Program-made: the position numbers and the translations under genes | In this document: piece after piece, positions 1-12,270 of the stretch | Position numbering within the stretch: position 1 is the stretch's first letter | How the letters are laid out: each line of letters starts with the position of its first letter | Notes under the pieces: generated by a model | Database searches by the model: none | What the model was told of the DNA's origin: nothing | What the model saw: the letters and a program-made list of their open reading frames with translations, nothing else | From: Psammoneis japonica | Lineage: Eukaryota | Direction: 5' to 3' | Length of the DNA: 64,000 nucleotides | Assembly: GCA_008632985.1 (NCBI GenBank) | Contig: QPGO01000141.1 | Span: forward strand, 124,001 to 188,000

Positions 1-1207
1 ACCTTAAAAAATGGGGGACAGTGCGCCGCGTGCACGAAAAATCGAAAAGAAGATGACCAAAACATCGAAAGATCCGCGACATCAAGTGGTTGTGAGAAAG
101 CCAGCTGACAAGGTTGCAAGAGACAATGAGGTTGAAACAACTCCTGCATTGGAAATGCAAAGAAACAATCATCAACATTTCACACTTGCAATGCAGGCTT
201 GTGCATGAAATCACAGAAGATTCTTCCGATCCACGGCAACACCCGAACTCTCAACAAAGCCTGCTCCACAGGGCGCCCACGTCACATGTGGGACAACTGC
301 ATTCCAAGCAAAAGACAAATCAAGTGTTGGTCGATCAAGTGCAGACACGCAACTGCTGGCATGCAACAAGGCACACGGTTGCCACTTGCGGTTGCCACTT
401 GCGCTGCTGCCTCTTCTTGCTGATGATGCGGGTCCACTGACATCATGATTGCCATTTCCGAGACAAGCCATTGGCATCAACATGCAATGAACAAGTCGTC
501 TCTGCCCCGCACTGTGCTGCACGTGCACCATCGCTCTTCCGCAAAATGGTGCATGAGTCATCAACCGGCATTCCATCTTTGTGGAGAATGTGGCGCACCA
601 GTGATCCGCAGCCTTTTGTCTCCACAGCGGATGCAATGGGGTTCTGGTGTCTTACACAGCAACAATGCAGACCACCGGGATGAGATGGATGCAACAAACT
701 GATGGTCATGGAGGTGACAGTTGGTTTTTTCAATCGCGGAGTGTTGTGGATTTCGGTGCGCGTGCGTGCTGTCCCCCGTTTCTCAAATGTCCAGGTCTCC
801 ATTGCCACACCACATGCGCTTCCCACAGGGTTTAGAGAGTCATTGCAGATGCGATTGCCACTCAATTTCCAACATTGACGCCGCCGTGAACGATTTGCTC
901 ACCATGGTCGAAGTCTTTTTTCTCGTGCAAAAAGCACGAGGATTGTGGGGTGGCGGACGAATGTGCCAAAAATTACATTTTAGTCGAGTCACTCAGCTGC
1001 GCTTGCCGGCCCATGCCCAATCGAAAGCACACGAGGCCACATTTGATGGATCGTCAGGTCAGTCACCCGCCATCTCTCGCATCACGCAATGATGATGAAA
1101 GATCCATTTCAGCCGCACATGCCTATCCATTGCTGAATTGCTGCAGCTAATAATAATAGCACTCATACTTGATCAATAAGACTCTCTCAACACTTCTCAT
1201 CTCAAAA

Positions 1208-3016
1208 ATGGCTCGGAGAAGGAGATACAATTATGTATTGGTGTACGTGGCGTGTTGTGTGTATCGACTCGTTAACGCGTGGTTACTTTATACACAATTT
1301 GATCCAGATGAGTATTGGCAAAGCTTGGAGCCCGCGTACTGTCGAGTGTTTTCTTCTTCTTTGCAAAAAAACAATTGTGCACTGACATGGGAATGGCTTG
1401 GAGACGAACCGATACGATCCTACGTATCGATAGTACCAACGTTTCTATTTTACAAGACTGTGCATGCGTTGCAACACTTTCTTACAGATGCTACAATTTC
1501 GTGGCTTGTTTCGAGAGGACCGTTGTATTTGCATGCGATACTCGTGACGGTTCCTACGGATTTGTGTATCTACTGCTTGTCATCATGTGAAGGGTGGTGT
1601 TTGTTTTGTTCCCTGACGAGTTGGTTTCACGGATACGCTCTGGCACGAACCTATAGCAATTCTCTAGAAACCGTGTTGCTTTTGTTGGGTCTGGTGCTAA
1701 TTCAACACAAAAAGACAAAATTGGCCTTTTTCTTGGGTGGAATCAGTGTATCGATTCGATTTACAGCCTTGGCGGCTTGGATTCCACTGGGAATGCACTT
1801 GGCGTTTTTTCGACAAGAAAACAAGCGCACCTCGATACGAAATTTGGTAACGTTTTTGTTTTATCCCTGTGCCATTTTTGGATTGCTCGGGGTGCTTGCC
1901 GCCATGATGGTGGATTATCACTTTTACGGAAAATGGACCTTAACGCTCTTGAACAATGTTGTATTCAATGTTGTGGAGAACAATGGAGCCTTGTATGGGA
2001 CTCATTCGTGGCATTGGTACTTGACGGGAGGAATACCAGCCATCACAGGAACCATGTTTCTCTTGTTGGTTTGGGATCTTACCGATCTCTTGACGGTCAT
2101 ACCGCAAAGAAAAGACAACAAGAGACGCACACAACGAAAACAGCTGTGGACCATTATTGGATGCTATACCCTGCTGCATTCCTGTAATGCGCACAAGGAG
2201 TTTCGCTTTCTCTTGCCCATACTACCGCTCTGTTGTATCTTGGCGGGCTATCGAATGAAGCTCTTGTACTTGATGTGTACCTCTGTGCTTGTGGATTCTT
2301 CGAGCAGATCCTTTCTCAAGGAAAAGGTGGCAAGCTACAAGGTGGTTTTGATTGTCATGATTACAGTCCCAATCCAGTTGAACCTTCTACCCATGCTGTA
2401 CCTTTCACAAGTTCATCAACGATCACCCATTTCGGTCAATCGATACATTGTCGAGTCCTTGTTGAAAACAGACTCAACCTTGTTGTCGTCTTCCAATGTC
2501 GATATTCATTATCTCATGGGATGTCATTCGACTCCGGCGTATAGCCATTTGCACGTACCGAAACGACCCGTGACAATTTGGACCTTGGATTGTTCACCCA
2601 ATTGTCGTCGAGCAAAGAATTGTGAGAGCGATGCATTCTTGACGGACCCCAAAAGCTTTGTATACGATCATTATCGGGCCTTGCAAAAAGAGGATATTTG
2701 CAAAGGCAGTAACGAGACGAAGGATACGTGTCGAGCCGACACTGCTTCTAATACATTCGCACATCAGCTCGAGACACCTGATTTCATGGCTGTCTTTGTG
2801 GCCGACGTGTTAAAGATTGGCAAGGATGCATTCGATGCTCTTGGCCTGCAGGAAGAGGCCCGCTTTATCCACTGTGTCATGGGAATGCGAATACGGATTG
2901 GATACGGATATTTGCATATTAAACACACGGATCGAAGCATTTATAGCAAGCGTTCCGCAGGACGCGTGGACGTATATTATGATGAAATGGTGCTCTTTAC
3001 CAAGAAGAAAGACTGA
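1208..3016 (+). CDS. PIGB: GPI mannosyltransferase 3 (PIG-B/Gpi10, Alg9-like GT22 family), intact, ~602 aa
   Basis: Motifs TQFDPDEYWQSLEPA, LTWEW..PIRSY, RTYSNSLET, YGTHSWHWY, HKEFRFLLP, LMGCHSTPAYSHLH, LDCSP; multiple hydrophobic segments; ATG at 1208 is in frame with ORF 1169..3016. Confidence 0.93.
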   Translation: MARRRRYNYVLVYVACCVYRLVNAWLLYTQFDPDEYWQSLEPAYCRVFSSSLQKNNCALTWEWLGDEPIRSYVSIVPTFLFYKTVHALQHFLTDATISWLVSRGPLYLHAILVTVPTDLCIYCLSSCEGWCLFCSLTSWFHGYALARTYSNSLETVLLLLGLVLIQHKKTKLAFFLGGISVSIRFTALAAWIPLGMHLAFFRQENKRTSIRNLVTFLFYPCAIFGLLGVLAAMMVDYHFYGKWTLTLLNNVVFNVVENNGALYGTHSWHWYLTGGIPAITGTMFLLLVWDLTDLLTVIPQRKDNKRRTQRKQLWTIIGCYTLLHSCNAHKEFRFLLPILPLCCILAGYRMKLLYLMCTSVLVDSSSRSFLKEKVASYKVVLIVMITVPIQLNLLPMLYLSQVHQRSPISVNRYIVESLLKTDSTLLSSSNVDIHYLMGCHSTPAYSHLHVPKRPVTIWTLDCSPNCRRAKNCESDAFLTDPKSFVYDHYRALQKEDICKGSNETKDTCRADTASNTFAHQLETPDFMAVFVADVLKIGKDAFDALGLQEEARFIHCVMGMRIRIGYGYLHIKHTDRSIYSKRSAGRVDVYYDEMVLFTKKKD

Positions 3017-3229
3017 TAATAAACAAGTCATTTCCGATGTCGTTTGTTTGCCGAGTCCTCCGTGAGAGCCACTACATGATGGGTTGGATGATGAACATGA
3101 GCCGAACGTTTAGCCAGTAGTGACAATGCTTCATGGACTACAAGATCGAGAGTAACTTATGAGTGTAAAACTTTGCAACTAGAAGCAGCTCAATATACTA
3201 TCGATAATCCGAATAAACATGCTGAACCT

Positions 3230-4260
3230 GAAGACCTGCCATTGACATCACGATTCGTCGCAGCAACCCCAATGACACTACCGTCTGCCGAGACGGACAA
3301 GGACAAATTTGGTCTCACCATTTAATGGTTAATCCATCTGCATCCATTTGTCGGCAGTGGTGTCGCACTGACAGATTCTGACTGGCTGGCTATTCCACAA
3401 ACTCGTCGCTCTTTTTATTTGTTGGATGAACAGAAAATGCACCATCACACAATGCACCAGATGCACCCTCTACAATGAAATGAACTACAAAAATGCAGTG
3501 CGATCAATACAAGTGGATGAAATACAAACTATATTTCTAATTGTCATTTACCTTGAATGCATGCGCGGATCCGGACCAGCCGCCGTTGGCATCAGCTCGA
3601 TAAGCACCAACTCCAACGACGCATACAGTTGTCACCTGCAGCCTCGCCATTTAAAGGATCTCCGACTCGCTTCCATTCGTTTTCATTGCTGTCATCATGA
3701 TACCTGCTTCCGACCGCCAAGACGTTTCCATTGCCACTCAACGACACTGAGAACCCAAAATTATCGTCAGGCTGTTGTGTCAAGAGACTTTGGCCATGTC
3801 GCTTCCATGTCAAAGTCGAGCGGTCGTACGAATAAACCGAAACCCTCTCACTGTTTCCAGGTGCACCCGCAGCCACGATCAAACCGCTGTCGTCAAGAGA
3901 AACAGAAGATCCAAAAACACCTTCAACGTCTTGTCCATTGATTGGATTGCCCAACAAATCCCATCTTGACGAGGCAGAATTGCATTCACACAGTGACACT
4001 TGCCCCGAATTTTTTCCACCCGAATCATTAAAACGAGCTCCAACGCCAACAATGGTTCCCCGTGAATTCAAGGAAACGGAGTGACCGAACCAATCATTGG
4101 TGGCTTGCCCAACGAGTGTTGGTCCAAGTTGGTTCCAGGATGAGGTGCCGCGGTTGTATTGAAATAATCGAAACGACCCAGATTTCAAGCCATTTTCCGT
4201 GTCATCCAAAAAAGCTCCCACGGCAACAATGCCTCCCGCGTCCGAGCGAAAGAAATCCGA
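3230..4260 (-). pseudogene. FG-GAP / integrin-alpha-like beta-propeller repeat protein relic, copy 1
   Basis: Repeats FGHSVSLNSRGTIVGVGA, FGSSVSLDDSGLIVAAGAP, FGFSVSLSGNGNVLAVGS in ORF 3592..4221; a further broken repeat SVSADGSVIGVAATNRDVNGRS at ~3235-3300. Confidence 0.8.
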
Positions 4261-4760
4261 TGTATCGGATTTAGTTAGAGTGCTGTTGTTAGAGTGCTGT
4301 TGGTGACGGCTGGTGCTGAGCCAACCGTTGTGACGTGTTGTCGGAGGGAAGCGTTGGATTTCCCTCCAATGGCGCTCACTTGTTACGAGTAGTTGTAACA
4401 GGCCTAAGAGTATCTTTGGATCGTTAGATTGTTGTCATACCAGTGCTGTGAGCAGCTGAGCCATTCGGCAGCTGGATTTACTCGCTTCATCAGAGCCAGT
4501 GTCCGCACTCCGCGGTTTGGTGATGGAAAACGATGAACAACGTGATTGTGACGGTTGTGTCACGATGGCACGGTTTTGACGACGAATGCCGACTAACCTG
4601 AGGGTATTGCATGCACAAAGCAGTGGGAGATGAGGCCACATCACCGCACTCTCAAGGCCTGCGCGCATCGTCAACGCGATTTTGTGAACGTCAAAGTTTT
4701 GATGTGCTTCTTCTGACACAACTACTTTGTCTTATGATGCTCAATGAATCAGGTTTCACC

Positions 4761-6180
4761 ATGGGGCAGCCCCACCGAACCCGATGGAAACGGCCCTCAC
4801 TTGGATCGGTTTCCAGCTGCCTGCTCAGCGCAACGCGATCATGACTGATGTCGCTGCGTTTGACGATGTCGTCGACATGAAGGAATCGGACATCGACACG
4901 CTCGCGCAGTCTTGTTCGAGGAGGACTGCTGCTGAGGGGCGTTTCCACTTTGGATTAGCTCGCACCCATCGTCTCAAGTCCCTTGTTCATTGGGTGCATG
5001 ACTTCCAACGCGTCAGTGAAAATCCTGCCATCGACGGTTTGGATCAGGCGCGTTTTCTCGATGCGCCATCTGCTGCGTTGTCGAGGGCCGACATTCGCAG
5101 CCAGATGAGGGATCAATCCGAGTCCATTGCTCGTGAGGCATCCCCTGGACTCTTGGAGAGCGAAAAGGTCTGGGCAAAATGGAGTGCCGCTTTCAAGAAC
5201 ATGCTCAGCACGATGCTGGGAGTCGACGGCGTTCCATTGATTTATGTCACACGCGAGAACGAGGAGCCCGAGCCTGAAGGGCATGAGACTTTCATGCAGA
5301 AGTCGGTTGCATGCGCTCCACTCGAGGGTCCAGCTTTCAAAGCTGATTCTCGTGCCGTCAGCCAACTGATCGTTTCGTTCACGAAAGGCACCCCAAGCGA
5401 GCAGTGGATCAAAGAGCACCGCAACAGCCAGAACGGTCGTCTCAACTGCGAATCTTTGGAGAACCACTGTCAGGGCGAGGGCAATGCTGCCCGTCGCATC
5501 TCAGAAGCTGAGCGTTTGGAAAACACTCTGCACTGCAGGAGTGAATGCTCCATGACATTCGAAATGTTCGTGAACAAGCTTCAGGAGATGTTCAACATTT
5601 TCGAAGAGAATGACGAACCCAAGACGGAGGCTCAGAAGCTGCGATTGCCATTCGGCAAGGTGCAACACCAGCAGTTGCAGAACACAGCAGAGACCCTGAA
5701 GGCGCAGAATGAGTTCAGAGGAGGGACCAGTTTTGCTGCAGCGTGAAACCATCTTGCCGCTAAAGTTGCCACTCTCCCGGAAACAGTTGCGCACCGTCGT
5801 GCGATTTCCTCTGTTGCGTCCGGCGTCAGCAAGGAAGGTGATTCCATTTACAAAGAAGATGGGTCCATTGACACCGGATTTCATAAAAATTGGCATCAAT
5901 TGAGCAAGGAAGACAAGAAGAAGGTCATGGAGAGCGTGTGCGTTTGGGACTCAAGAAGAAGCCGGGCAACCCGAAGCGCCGCGCTGCATCCGTCAGATCG
6001 CTTAAAAAGAAGAATCGGAAGCTGACGTCCCAGCTTGAGCAAGCGAACCACACTGTTTCTTCCTTGGAGACCACTGCCAGCACCGATTCCGGAAAGGTTG
6101 GTGCAGGAACTGGCGGTCAAGGTGGCAACAATGCCGGAGACGCATTTGGGGGACGCCAGGAGCGTCAGCAACGCAGCTGA
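4761..6180 (+). mobile_element. Ty1/copia (diatom CoDi-like) gag, degenerate; pol missing, copy 1
   Basis: Motifs GVPLIYVTRE, APLEGPAFxADSRAV, NGRL..LENHxQGEG, LHxRSE..FExF resemble diatom copia gag; frameshifts and a stop; no protease, integrase or RT downstream. Confidence 0.72.
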
Positions 6181-6434
6181 CTCCCAAGCTGGACCCTCTT
6201 CTGCAGCCTCATCCAGTTTGCATTGTGGCCACTTCATTGGGGCGGGGGCCAGCCGCATCGTTCGAAAGAAACGTTGGTTCATTGTCAGTGCCAGCAGAAT
6301 CATCTGAAGGAGGAGGCATTGAATTGTTGGACCGTGTCGTTTCGGGTCCTGACAAGAGAGAAACATTGTCATCAGCGTTCCTTTCTCTTTGCACCTCTGG
6401 TCCTCCTGGATGGATGGCAAAGGCGCCAGCAGCA

Positions 6435-6830
6435 TCAAAACATCTGCACCTGCATTGTGGATGTAAAGTTTGGAGCAGTTGTGGCGCCCATGTCTTCGTC
6501 GGCATGATTGGATTTAACGAGCAGTTGTGCAAGCTGTTTTTCTTCTTTTTGTGCTTTGTCTTTTTGTTCTTCAACAGCCAAGTTTGCTTCTGCTTGTTGC
6601 TGCTCTTGACGGTGGCGATGGGCAGTTTTTCTTTTCTTCTTTTTCTTGTGAGAAGCAGCGGCGGTTGTTTCTCCTGCAGGTGTTGTTTCTTCAAATTCTT
6701 CCAGTTGTTGCTTCTCCTTCTCGTCATCCTTCAAGTTGCTGCTCCTGCTGGCACTGCCATGAACACCACGCCTGTCGCACATGTCGTTGTTGTGGTTGTT
6801 GTTGGAATGATTCATCACGGGGGCAAACAA
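6435..6830 (-). pseudogene. Low-complexity K/E/Q-rich coding fragment of unknown origin (also ~26720-27110 and ~47025-47415)
   Basis: Minus-strand frame DDEKEKQQLEEFEE...HKKKKKRK...EEQKDKAQKEEKQ looks like a coiled coil with a basic patch. Confidence 0.4.
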
Positions 6831-7157
6831 CTCTGCTGGACAAACCGTCAACAAACAGCCACAAGCCACAAGCAACACGAGTGAGAGGTTTGTGATGCTC
6901 TGTTGCACAACTGGGCAGGTTCACAACTGCAAGTTTGGGACACCCACCTCGTGCAGTTCGACAAGGCAAATGACCCGTTTCTGACCGTTGGGTCAGCCCA
7001 GCCGTTTGAATTTAAAATTGAACGTTCTTGTGCGAGCAAGGCAAGCAATCAAAGGTTTTTTGGCTCACAATTTCTCTCTCTTTTGCTCATTCTTCTAAAG
7101 ACCAACAACGAGCAAAGAGCCGCCAGACAGTTTTTAATGCTGTCAACGCGATGCAGG

Positions 7158-9190
7158 ATGCCTCCGCCGCAGCTCCCATTTGTTTGCAGGAAGAACCCAC
7201 GCTTGTCTGTCATGGAGGCTTGGCAGCTGCAGAGTGCAGGTCAGCAGCAGCAAATTGCTGGCCAGGGGGGCCAAGGGGCCAACAATCAAGTTCTGGGCCA
7301 AGGCCTGGCACTGGGAGCCGCAGCTGTGGCCCACAATGTGCAAGTGCTGCTGCCACCACAAGTCCCAGTGCCTCCAGCAGGTCCTCAAGCAGCTGGAGCC
7401 ATGCAACTGCCCCTGCCGCTGGGAGCACCAGCAGTGCCGGCACCACCTCCGGTCATTTGCAACTGTCGCAAACACCACCTTGCCGCCAATGACAACCCAC
7501 ACCATGGCAAACACGCCAATTTGATGCAAGATGTTGCAGCACCATTGCAAGGAGTGTCCAGGTGCAACCCTGCCACGCTCCACAGTTGGGTGGCGGCAGC
7601 CTCAAGTCATCATCTGCCAATGGCAGTGATTGTCCATTGCCAAACTGAGGGGGGGCAACGCCAGCCACATGCAGGTCCCACACCAAATGTCTGCCTGCCC
7701 GACTGCAGCAATGAGTCCACAATGCCTTGGGACAGCCGAGTCTTTGCAACAGCTGGCGACATCACCTCAGACCAGTTTGCACTGGTTAAATTTGGGGACG
7801 ACTCATTCAACCTCATGCAGCAAGGCACTCGTGCACCAACCCATGCAGCGCTCTTGGAGCATGTTGCCAACAATGCCAATGGCTTGCACCCACACCTCCC
7901 CAATGATGCAGCAAAATGCCAAAGTTGTCCGCACATGTCGCGCCATGCATGTGCCATTTGAGTTCCTCCATTTTCTTCTTGCACAGCTGTTGCAACCCAA
8001 GCAGGCCTGTCAGCGCGTCCACGGTGCCGCCACTGCAGCAAACAAAGTTGCCGCTGTTGGATCACTGCTTGATTTTCTGCGTGTGGCATGCTGTGCCATG
8101 GAACAAACCAACACACCTCACCAGTGGCACGTGCATGGCCAGTTGTGACTCACCCACCGAGTTCAGTGCCAACTCGATTTTTTAATGTCGCGCAGGCAAT
8201 TGAAGAGCTCACTGGAGAACAACGGCAAGGGTGCCTGGATGCCACCGCAAGACAGCAAGCAGCAGCACACGGAAAGACGCCAATGATTTCTGGGGCATCT
8301 TTGGCATCACCAAGTTGATGCAATGGTGCAGTGTGCTAAATGAGGCAGTGCTGCCGCCACTTTGGGCTGCACCAGCCACCGCAACAAAAACAGGCCGACT
8401 GGCTGTGGTGCAAAACACCATGGATGAACAACGGCAGGCATTGTCCGTGCACTTCAGCCTCCCTGTCACTGTCAGTTTGGTCACAAAGTTGATCCAGCCA
8501 GATTTTGCTGGACACAACCAAGATGACCCAACCCAAGGTGTTGATCCCTTCCAGTTTGGGCTGGTCACACCCAACGGTGTGGCACAAATTGCATGTTGCA
8601 ACGCAGTGCACACTCACATCCAAAGCACCCTTGGCCACTGCCATGCAAGCCGCGCAACAATCGCACAATGGCTTGTGACCAGTGATGTCAGCGTTGATGG
8701 GAGCCAATCATCCAGCAGTGCAGTGGCTCACTTGCCAGCGTCATGACATGGACCGCCATGCCAACAAGCTGGCGGCACTGCACACCTTGCACCAAACCTT
8801 GCCCACGGATTTTCAATGCCGTGCGCAAATTGAAATCCGCCACTGGCTCAGGGCACAAGAGGCTGCACATTGGCCCCTCCCATTTGCACCCCTCAATGTC
8901 GTGTCTGAGGCAGCAAAGGGCATCGCGTGCTGGCACTCGCATCTGCCTGCAAACATGCATGCTGCCCCGCCTGACTTTGGGCAAGGCACCATGGCTGCAA
9001 ACCTGGCACACCGCCAGCCCATGCCAGCCAGAGCACCTCCAGCAGTTGCAGAAAGCAACAGTGTTGTCCGCAATCCTTCCTGTGATTCTCGTTTCACCGC
9101 GCTTCGGGAACGCCCCAATGTCAGGTCCTGCGACACAAAGACCCGTTGCACCAGAGATGGGATCAACCTTCCCAAGGATGCCCAAGGTCG
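7158..9190 (+). mobile_element. Degenerate ~2 kb ORF, possibly gag-like ORF1 of a retroelement (DIRS-like?); also ~27716-29490 and 47764-49803
   Basis: Protein-like across frameshifts (PWDSRVFATAGD, VRTxRAMxVPFEF, LLDFLRVA, PDFAGxNQDDPTQGVDPF); fully TpA-depleted. Family assignment is from resemblance only; no RT or recombinase seen. Confidence 0.4.
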
Positions 9191-9197
9191 GCTCCAT

Positions 9198-9385
9198 GAT
9201 TTGTTCCTCATTTTGTCCAGTGACGGAGTTTGGGACACAGTCAGCAATGAAGAAGCTGCTGGAATTGTCCTCAATGAGTCTTGTCCTGAAAGAACCACAG
9301 TGCAACAAGATGAGGACAACCATGATTTAGTTGTCAACACAGACTGCTTCAAGTGGACTGCCAAGAAACTGTGCAATTGTGCCAG
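9198..9385 (+). pseudogene. Protein phosphatase 2C C-terminal exon fragment (also ~29500-29687 and ~49811-49998)
   Basis: DLFLILSSDGVWDTVSNEEAA matches the PP2C FLILASDGLWD motif; ends at a donor-like AG|GTGAGT. Confidence 0.75.
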
Positions 9386-12270
9386 GTGAGTTTTGACATC
9401 ACACCTGGTTTGAGCTCATTTGCCGCATGATTGCGATTTGCTGTCTTCTGCTTTGGAGATCACATGCTCACCTTCATGCCCATCTGTTTTCATTGTGTGG
9501 GTCACGCGGATCTGGCAACAATTTTTCTGCCATTTGTGTGTCTTTGCAGAGTTGCGGCAATCCCAACTCAAGCTCTGGGAATCTGCACCGTCGCCTCTGC
9601 TGCACGACAGTCTTTTTCTTCAGAGTGAAATTCAGTTGCATGCTTTAAGTCCGCCTTCCTAAAGAGGCCAAAATTGGCAAGACTGACTTCTCCAGCACAA
9701 GATTTTTCTCACTGAACAGTGTTGAAAGCACAGTCATGGCTGTCTTGTTGGCTGCATCATTTCACAGCATGCGCAAAGGTTTCTGCCATTGAAACTCAAC
9801 AACGATCTTGTTGTCACTGATGAAATGCAATCTTTGCAGCAATGCCAAAAGAGCTGCAAACAATGTGATTCGATTCATTCTCTCTCCACTCTCCATTCTC
9901 TAGAGCAGAGTGTTGGAGAGCTGCCGCGCGGTAGAACAAGGATGCACAATGAGCACGGGAACCTAAAATTTCAATCGCAGCCACAGCGTGTGGAATGACG
10001 TTGCACGATGTCACAATCACAACAAACTGTGCACACACAGGAAACAAGAATCCACGGAATTGCACGGAATGTGTGCTTTTTCTCCTTGTTCCATTTGTTT
10101 GTTCCACAAAAAATGAGGCCTTTTTTTGTGTTCCGTTTGGGATTTTTCTAAGGAACATGCCCTCACATTCCAGATGGAAGTGTCAGCAATCGGAGTGCGA
10201 TGGTCACATTCCGTTCCGATCACCAAGACAAGTGCACTCCATTTTTGTGCGGAACATGAACTTGAAACTGGAACAACCGCTTCATTCCATGCACAGACTG
10301 TGAGGTCAACGAATTTTATTTTCAACAATGTGCCATTTGTTGGCACAGAGCATGTGTTGAGGTGAAAAATTGCAATGAACATTGTCCACATTGGCTGATG
10401 TCACTGCTCCATTGTTCAATGCTCTCTGTTTGTCCCTCTGTGATGATTCAAGCACCACAGCATCAAGAATGACGGTGAGATGTTTGATGCTGTAATGCTG
10501 TGAGACCGTGCATTGTTGTCATGGCATGCATGTTGTTGTCGTCTTTGATCGTGGAAAATGTTGTGCAGGACACTCACATCTTCATTTTTGTTTTAACTTG
10601 TTGCACAGCAAAGAAGACAGCACAACAATGATGGCCAAAATGTTTGGTTGACATTGGAATGAGAATCCCAAAAGGATCACACATTTTGTTGTTGTTTCAA
10701 TGTTGCAATGTGTCATTGACAAATCAAGGACTTTTAAAACAAACAATTCAAATCATGCATGTGAAACAATTGTGTCAAAAACAAAGAAGAAAACATTTGA
10801 TGACCACGTGCTGATTTGTTGAACAGCACGTGGAAAGACGTCATTGAATTCCACGTGACTTTGACTGCTCTGTAGAAGGTGCAACGATTCATGCCAGAGG
10901 AGAGGATTTGCATCGCAGCCACATTTTCTCGCACTTCTTCTCGTTTGCTCTGTGGGAAGAACAACGGGATGAGTGGGTGGTGTGATTTGTGACAATTGCA
11001 GCACACACGATGGTGAGTTGTGATGTGATTGTGCAGCACTTCAAAGGTCACTTGCACTCATGTTTTCTTCTCTCTTTTTGCTGTTGGGGTTTGTTTCGAG
11101 AGTCCAGAGGGTTCTGGTTCCGAGCGCAGGCTGCTCTGCTGCTGAGAGAGTGGCACTGCATCATCGACCACTCTGGCATTTGGCAAAAAAGACATCTGGA
11201 CAGCTGCATCCATCAACGGCCCGCAAGTGCAAGCTTCATTTTGCTTTTTCTGTCACATTGAATGCGTTGCTCACTTTTGACTTTGCCACATGTTGCTCAT
11301 GTTTGGGAAAGGTTGAAGTGCCCCTTGTCATCCATTGGGCACCCAAGACAATCAAAAGAAGGTGTGCATCATTCTGAGATTTGGCTGAGTGGTGTGGCAA
11401 AGCGATCGGTGTGCAAATGCAGGCAGAGCACCAGCATGGGCGGAGCAGGAGTTCTTGCTGTGCAATGGAAATGCAGCAGCACAATGACCCTGTTTTAGAA
11501 TTTCACTTGATTCCGCAACGTGTTCCGCATCACAAGCTCTGGAGATGACACGCCACACTCCGACCACAACACAGAAAGTGAAGCTGTTGCATTCCGTGTC
11601 ATTGGCTGAGCGAAAGGAATCCACAAACGGAATGTGGCAAAAGGAGTGGCAAATGGAATTTAAAACAAATGGCCTCTTTCTAACAAACAAAATGGTGAAA
11701 TGCAACACAGGGGTCGCCGATCTAGTGTTCAGTGCTTGTTGTTCCTGCGATTGCTCATCTGACAGAGACATCGTTGATGAAGAAATGTGACAAATGCATT
11801 TTGGTGACTTTGGTTCGAATGTTTAGTGTGGTTTGAACTTGCCTCATCAATGACGTCACAGAAGTCATTCTGGGCACACGCGTGTGTCAGAATGCCCAAC
11901 ACCCCGTCGATGGCCCAATTAATTTGTGCATTGTGATGTCATCAGCTCATGCAAGAAAATGTCCTGCGTGTCTTTTCCTCTCACGGAATTCATTTGTGGA
12001 GACAACAAACACTGTGTTTACGGTCAAACACAGAAATGATGTCATTTGCATTTGTGAACAACACAATCTCGTGAAAACAATGCAAAAAACAACAAACACT
12101 AGATGTGCGCGCTGCGCCGTGCCAATTAGATCAGCGAGGCCTGCGCGCAAATTGTGTCTTGGGTGCGGAATGAGTGCACATGTACGTTGGAATGTGACGC
12201 GGATTTTGATGAGGCTTTTTTCATTTTGCACCGTGTTGTTCACATTGGGGTGTCCCGAAAATCAAATTGG

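Noticed and set aside
4274..4400. Possible copia 5' LTR (TGTTG...TAACA) with a 14-bp-period duplication gttagagtgctgttg
   Set aside because: No matching 3' LTR within the unit and no recognisable PBS, so it cannot be supported.
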